From the NCBI GenBank assembly GCA_964016885.1, contig OZ024752.1, positions 20,398,001 through 20,462,000 on the forward strand: a stretch of 64,000 bases of DNA. Reading direction: 5' to 3'. The DNA comes from Eledone cirrhosa. Taxonomy: Eukaryota. Positions within the stretch are counted from its first letter, which is position 1, and every line of letters starts with the position of its first letter. The position numbers and the translations under genes are program-made. Shown one piece after another: positions 54,161-64,000 of this stretch. Below the pieces are notes generated by a model. The model had not been told where the DNA came from. It saw only the letters and a list, made by a program, of their open reading frames with translations, and did not search any database.

Positions 54161-57100
54161 CTACACCACCACACTACAACACTACTACACCACTACACCA
54201 CCACACTACAACACTACTACACCACTACACCACCACACTACAACACTACTACACCACTACACCACCACACTACAACACTACTACACCACTACACCACCAC
54301 ACTACAACACTACTACACTACTACACCACCACACTACAACACTACTACACTACTACACCACCACACTACAACACTACTACACTACTACACCACCACACTA
54401 CAACACTACTACACTACTACACCACCACACTACAACACTACTACACCACTACACCACCACACTACAACACTACTACACCACCACACTACAACACTACTAC
54501 ACTACTACACCACCACACTACAACACTACTACACCACTACACCACCACACTACAACACTACTACACTACTACACCACCACACTACAACACTACTACACTA
54601 CTACACCACCACACTACAACACTACTACACTACTACACCACCACACTACAACACTACTACACTACTACACCACCACACTACAACACTACTACACCACTAC
54701 ACCACCACACTACAACACTACTACACCACCACACTACAACACTACTACACTACTACACCACCACACTACAACACTACTACACCACTACACCACAACACTA
54801 CAACACTACTACACCACCACACTACAACACTACCACACCACTACACCACCACACTACAACACTACTACACCACTACACCACCACACTACAACACTACTAC
54901 ACCACTACACCACCACACTACAACACTACTACACTACTACACCACCACACTACAACACTACTACACTACTACACCACCACACTACAACACTACAACACCA
55001 CCACACTACAACACTACTACACCACCACACTACAACACTACTACACCACTACACCACCACACTACAACACTACTACACCACTACACCACCACACTACAAC
55101 ACTACTACACTACTACACCACCACACTACAACACTACTACACTACTACACCACCACACTACAACACTACAACACCACCACACCACCACACTACAACACTA
55201 CTACACCACTACACCACCACACTACAACACTACTACACTACTACACCACCACACTACAACACTACTACACCACTACACCACCACACTACAACACTACTAC
55301 ACTACTACACCACCACACTACAACACTACAACACCACCACACCACCACACTACAACACTACTACACCACTACACCACCACACTACAACACTACTACACTA
55401 CTACACCACCACACTACAACACTACTACACTACTACACCACCACACTACAACACTACTACACCACTACACCACCACACTACAACACTACTACACTACTAC
55501 ACCACCACACTACAACACTACTACACCACTACACCACCACACTACAACACTACTACACTACTACACCACCACACTACAACACTACTACACTACTACACCA
55601 CCACACTACAACACTACTACACCACTACACCACCACACTACAACACTACTACACTACTACACCACCACACTACAACACTACTACACCACTACACCACCAC
55701 ACTACAACACTACTACACCACTACACCACCACACTACAACACTACTACACCACTACACCACCACACTACAACACTACTACACCACTACACCACCACACTA
55801 CAACACTACTACACCACTACACCACCACACTACAACACTACTACACTACTACACCACCACACTACAACACTACTACACTACTACACCACCACACTACAAC
55901 ACTACTACACTACTACACCACCACACTACAACACTACTACACTACTACACCACCACACTACAACACTACTACACCACTACACCACCACACTACAACACTA
56001 CTACACCACCACACTACAACACTACTACACTACTACACCACCACACTACAACACTACTACACCACTACACCACCACACTACAACACTACTACACTACTAC
56101 ACCACCACACTACAACACTACTACACTACTACACCACCACACTACAACACTACTACACTACTACACCACCACACTACAACACTACTACACTACTACACCA
56201 CCACACTACAACACTACTACACCACTACACCACCACACTACAACACTACTACACCACCACACTACAACACTACTACACTACTACACCACCACACTACAAC
56301 ACTACTACACCACTACACCACCACACTACAACACTACTACACCACCACACAACAACACTACCACACCACTACACCACCACACTACAACACTACTACACCA
56401 CTACACCACCACACTACAACACTACTACACCACTACACCACCACACTACAACACTACTACACTACTACACCACCACACTACAACACTACTACACTACTAC
56501 ACCACCACACTACAACACTACAACACCACCACACTACAACACTACTACACCACCACACTACAACACTACTACACCACTACACCACCACACTACAACACTA
56601 CTACACCACTACACCACCACACTACAACACTACTACACTACTACACCACCACACTACAACACTACTACACTACTACACCACCACACTACAACACTACAAC
56701 ACCACCACACCACCACACTACAACACTACAACACTACTACACCACCACACTACAACACTACAACACCACCACACTACAACACTACTACACCACCACACTA
56801 CAACACTACTACACCACCACACTACAACACTACTACACTACTACACCACCACACTACAACACTACAACACCACCACACTACAACACTACAACACCACCAC
56901 ACTACAACACTGCTACACCACTACACCACCACACTACAACACTACTACACTACTACACCACCACACTACAACACTACTACACCACTACACCACCACACTA
57001 CAACACTACAACACCACCACACTACAACACTACAACACCACCACACTACAACACTACTACACTACTACACCACCACACTACAACACTACTACACTACTAC

Positions 57101-60100
57101 ACCACTACACTACAATACTACCACACTACTACACCACCACACTGCAACACTACTACACCACTACACCACCACACTACAATACTACCACACTACTACACCA
57201 CCACACTACAACACTAATACACCACTACACCACCACACTACAACACTACTACACTACTACACCACCACACTACAACACTACTACACTACTACACCACCAC
57301 ACTACAACACTACTACACTACTACACCACCACACTACAACACTACTACACTACTACACCACCACACTACAACACTACTACACCACTACACCACCACACTA
57401 CAACACTACTACACCACCACACTACAACACTACTACACTACTACACCACCACACTACAACACTACTACACCACTACACCACCACACTACAACACTACTAC
57501 ACCACCACACAACAACACTACCACACCACTACACCACCACACTACAACACTACTACACCACTACACCACCACACTACAACACTACTACACCACTACACCA
57601 CCACACTACAACACTACTACACTACTACACCACCACACTACAACACTACTACACTACTACACCACCACACTACAACACTACAACACCACCACACTACAAC
57701 ACTACTACACCACCACACTACAACACTACTACACCACTACACCACCACACTACAACACTACTACACCACTACACCACCACACTACAACACTACTACACTA
57801 CTACACCACCACACTACAACACTACTACACTACTACACCACCACACTACAACACTACAACACCACCACACCACCACACTACAACACTACTACACCACTAC
57901 ACCACCACACTACAACACTACTACACTACTACACCACCACACTACAACACTACAACACCACCACACCACCACACTACAACACTACAACACTACTACACCA
58001 CCACACTACAACACTACAACACCACCACACTACAACACTACTACACCACCACACTACAACACTACTACACCACCACACTACAACACTACTACACTACTAC
58101 ACCACCACACTACAACACTACAACACCACCACACTACAACACTACAACACCACCACACTACAACACTGCTACACCACTACACCACCACACTACAACACTA
58201 CTACACTACTACACCACCACACTACAACACTACTACACCACTACACCACCACACTACAACACTACAACACCACCACACTACAACACTACAACACCACCAC
58301 ACTACAACACTACTACACTACTACACCACCACACTACAACACTACTACACTACTACACCACTACACTACAATACTACCACACTACTACACCACCACACTG
58401 CAACACTACTACACCACTACACCACCACACTACAATACTACCACACTACTACACCACCACACTACAACACTACTACACCACTACACCACCACACTACAAC
58501 ACTACTACACTACTACACTACTACACCACCACACTACAACACTACTACACCACTACACCACCACACTACAACACTACTACACTACTACACCACCACACTA
58601 CAACACTACTACACCACTACACCACCACACTACAACACTACTACACCACTACACCACCACACTACAACACTACTACACCACTACACCACCACACTACAAC
58701 ACTACTACACCACCACACTACAACACTACTACACCACTACACCACCACACTACAACACTACTACACTACTACACCACCACACTACAACACTACTACACCA
58801 CTACACCACCACACTACAACACTACTACACTACTACACTACTACACCACCACACTACAACACTACTACACCACTACACCACCACACTACAACACTACTAC
58901 ACTACTACACCACCACACTACAACACTACTACACCACTACACCACCACACTACAACACTACTACACCACTACACCACCACACTACAACACTACTACACTA
59001 CTACACTACTACACCACCACACTACAACACTACTACACCACTACACCACCACACTACAACACTACTACACCACTACACCACCACACTACAACACTACTAC
59101 ACTACTACACTACTACACCACCACACTACAACACTACTACACCACTACACCACCACACTACAACACTACTACACTACTACACCACCACACTACAACACTA
59201 CTACACTACTACACCACCACACTACAACACTACTACACTACTACACCACCACACTACAACACTACTACACCACTACACCACCACACTACAACACTACTAC
59301 ACCACTACACCACCACACTACAACACTACTACACTACTACACTACTACACCACCACACTACAACACTACTACACCACTACACCACCACACTACAACACTA
59401 CTACCACACTACAACCACCACACTACAACACTACTACACTACTACACCACCACACTACAACACTACTACACTACTACACCACCACACTACAACACTACTA
59501 CACCACTACACCACCACACTACAACACTACTACACCACTACACCACCACACTACAACACTACTACACTACTACACCACCACACTACAACACTACTACACT
59601 ACTACACCACCACACTACAACACTACTACACCACTACACCACCACACTACAACACTACTACACCACTACCACACACACAACACTACAACACTACTACACC
59701 ACTACACCACCACACTACAACACTACTACACCACTACACCACCACACTACAACACTACTACACCACTACACCACCACACTACAACACTACTACACTACTA
59801 CACCACCACACTACAACACTACTACACCACTACACCACCACTACAACACTACTACACTACTACACCACCACACTACTACACTACTACACCACCACACTAC
59901 AACACTACTACACCACTACACCACCACACTACAACACTACTACACCACTACACCACCACACTACAACACTACTACACCACTACACCACCACACTACAACA
60001 CTACTACACCCACCACTACAACACTACTACACCACTACACCACCACACTACAACACTACTACACTACTACACCACCACACTACAACACTACTACACCACT

Positions 60101-63100
60101 ACACCACCACACTACAACACTACTACACTACTACACTACAACACCACCACACTACAACACTACTACACCACTACACCACCACACTACAACACTACTACAC
60201 CACTACACCACCACACTACAACACTACTACACTACTACACCACCACACTACAACACTACTACACCACTACACCACCACACTACAACACTACTACACTACT
60301 ACACTACTACACCACCACACTACAACACTACTACACCACTACACCACCACACTACAACACTACTACACTACTACACCACCACACTACAACACTACTACAC
60401 CACTACACCACCACACTACAACACTACTACACCACTACACCACCACACTACAACACTACTACACCACTACACCACCACACTACAACACTACTACACTACT
60501 ACACCACCACACTACAACACTACTACACCACTACACCACCACACTACAACACTACTACACCACTACACCACCACACTACAACACTACTACACCACTACAC
60601 CACCACACTACAACACTACTACACTACTACACCACCACACTACAACACTACTACACCACTACACCACCACACTACAACACTACTACACTACTACACCACC
60701 ACACTACAACACTACTACACCACTACACCACCACACTACAACACTACTACACTACTACACCACCACACTACAACACTACTACACCACTACACCACCACAC
60801 TACAACACTACTACACTACTACACCACCACACTACAACACTACTACACCACTACACCACCACACTACAACACTACTACACCACTACACCACCACACTACA
60901 ACACTACTACACCACTACACCACCACACTACAACACTACTACACCACTACACCACCACACACTACTACACCACTACACCACACACTACAACACTACTACA
61001 CACTACACCACCACACTACAACACTACTACACCACTACACCACCACACTACAACACTACTACACCACTACACCACAACACTACAACACTACTACACCACT
61101 ACACCACCACACTACAACACTACTACACTACTACACCACCACACTACAACACTACTACACTACTACACCACCACACTACAACACTACTACACCACTACAC
61201 CACCACACTACAACACTACTACACCACCACACTACAACACTACTACACACTACACCACCACACTACAACACTACTACACCACCACACTACAACACTACTA
61301 CACCACTACACCACCACACTACAACACTACTACACTACTACACCACCACACTACAACACTACTACACCACTACACCACCACACTACAACACTACTACACT
61401 ACTACACTACTACACCACCACACTACAACACTACAACACCACCACACTACAACACTACTACACCACTACACCACCACACTACAACACTACAACACTACTA
61501 CACCCTCACACTACAACACTACAACACCACCACACTACAACACTACCAACACCACCACACTACAACACTACTACACCACTACACCACCACACTACAACAC
61601 TACTACACCCACACCACCACACTACAACACTACTACCCACACACCACCACACTACAACACTACTACACACACCACCACACACACACTACTACACCAACAC
61701 CACCACACACAACCACAACACACCACACTACAACACTACTACACCACCACACCACAACACTACACACTACACCCTACACCACCACTACAACACTACAACA
61801 CCACCACCACCAACACACAACCACTACACCACCACACAACACCAACACCACCACCCCCCCACTACAACACTACTACACTACTACACCACCACACTACAAC
61901 ACTACTACACCACCACACTACAACACTACTACACCACCACACCACCACACTACAACACTACTACACAACACACCCCACACTACAACACCACACACACCAC
62001 CACACTACAACACTACTACACACTACACCACCACACACACCACCACACCACCCACTACAACACTACTACACCACACACCACCACACACACACACTACAAC
62101 TACACCACCACACTACACACTACTACACCACCACACACAACACTACTACACCACAACACCACCACACTACACACTACTACACTACTACACCACCACACTA
62201 CAACACTACTATACCACTACACCACCACACTACAACACTACTACACTACTACACCACCACACTACAACACTACTACACCACCACACTACAACACTACTAC
62301 ACCACCACACCACCACACTACAACACTACTACACTACTACACCACCACACTACAACACTACTACACCACCACACTACAACACTACTACACCACTACACCA
62401 CCACACTACAACACTACTACACCACTACACCACCACACTACAACACTACAACACCACCACACTACACCACACTACTACACCACCACACTACATACTACCA
62501 CACTACTACACCACCACACTACAACACTAATACACCACAACACCACCACACTACAACACTACAACACCACCACACTACAACACTACTACACCAGCACACT
62601 ACAACACTACTACACCACTACACCACCACACTACAACACTACAACACCACCACACTACAACACTACTACACCACCACACTACAACACTACTACACCACTA
62701 CACCACCACACTACAACACTACTACACCACCACACTAGAACACTACTACACCACTACACCACCACACTACAACACTACTACACTACTACACCACCACACT
62801 ACAACACTACTACACACACACCACCACACTACAACACTACTACACTACTACACCACCACACTACAACACTACTACACCACCACACTACAACACAACTACT
62901 ACACCACCACACTACAACACTACTACACTACTACACCACCACACTACAACACTACTACACCACTACACCACCACACTACAACACTACAACACCACCACAC
63001 TACAACACTACTACACCACCACACTACAACACTACTACACCACTACACCACCACACTACAACACTACTACACTACTACACCACCACACTACAACACTACA

Positions 63101-64000
63101 ACACCACCACACCACCACACTACAACACTACTACACCACTACACCACCACACTACAACACTACTACACTACTACACCACCACACTACAACACTACAACAC
63201 CACCACACCACCACACTACAACACTACTACACCACTACACCACCACACTACAACACTACTACACTACTACACCACCACACTACAACACTACAACACCACC
63301 ACACTACAACACTACTACACCACCACACTACAACACTACTACACCACCACACTACAACACTACTACACTACTACACCACCACACTACAACACTACAACAC
63401 CACCACACTTCAACACTACAACACCACCACACTACAACACTACTACACCACTACACCACCACACTACAACACTACTACACCACTACACCACCACACTACA
63501 ACACTACTACACCACTACACCACCACACTACAACACTACTACACTACTACACCACCACACTACAATACTACCACACTACTACACCACCACACTACAACAC
63601 TAATACACCACTACACCACCACACTACAACACTACAACACCACCACACTACAACACTACTACACCACCACACTACAACACTACTACACCACTACACCACC
63701 ACACTACAACACTACTACACCACCACACTAGAACACTACTACACCACTACACCACCACACTACAACACTACTACACTACTACACTACCACACTACAACAC
63801 TACTACACCACTACACCACCACACTACAACACTACTACACTACTACACCACCACACTACAACACTACTACACTACTACACCACCACACTACAACACTACA
63901 ACACCACCACACTACAACACTACTACACCACCACACCACCACACTACAACACTACTACACTACTACACCACCACACTACAACACTACTACACCACTACAC
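54161..64000. repeat. Almost G-free simple satellite built from ACACYACH 8-mers in 32-bp and 24-bp units; continues past the right edge
   Basis: ACACCACC-ACACTACA-ACACTACT-[ACACYACT] repeats for ~9.8 kb. Confidence 0.97.

Noticed and set aside
54052-63603. 3183-aa and 2865-aa His/Thr/Tyr-rich ORFs
   Set aside because: A strand with almost no G and with TA nearly always followed by C rarely forms stop codons. Overlapping frames give the same peptide repeat, and there is no domain or unique sequence.

Overview
Eukaryotic, gene-free, almost entirely repetitive window, probably invertebrate and most likely octopus/cephalopod (inferred from the CORE-type SINEs, RTE tail and microsatellite style). 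Positions 1-37.9 kb are a ~420-428 bp satellite array with two monomer subfamilies, two recurrent deletion variants and nested kb-scale duplications. Positions 38-51 kb are a retroelement pile-up inserted in (TA)n tracts: a 486-bp tandem non-coding unit with a hammerhead ribozyme in each copy (retrozyme-like), fragments of two Naiad-type Penelope-like elements (GIY-YIG endonuclease, RT fragment, inverted pLTRs with hammerheads), one with an in-frame UGA at a conserved Cys, two more hammerhead-bearing pLTR remnants, and a decayed RTE LINE with a PHD-like finger. The LINE is interrupted by a SINE whose 124-bp flanking duplication differs mostly at synonymous sites. In total I read 9 full hammerhead motifs (2 degenerate) and 2 half motifs from about 5 families. 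Positions 51.4-53.3 kb are a 43-44 bp minisatellite expanded from the RTE/SINE 3' tail, and 54.2-64 kb is a nearly G-free 8/24/32-bp repeat whose ~3000-aa ORFs are artefacts. No host protein-coding gene is supported.
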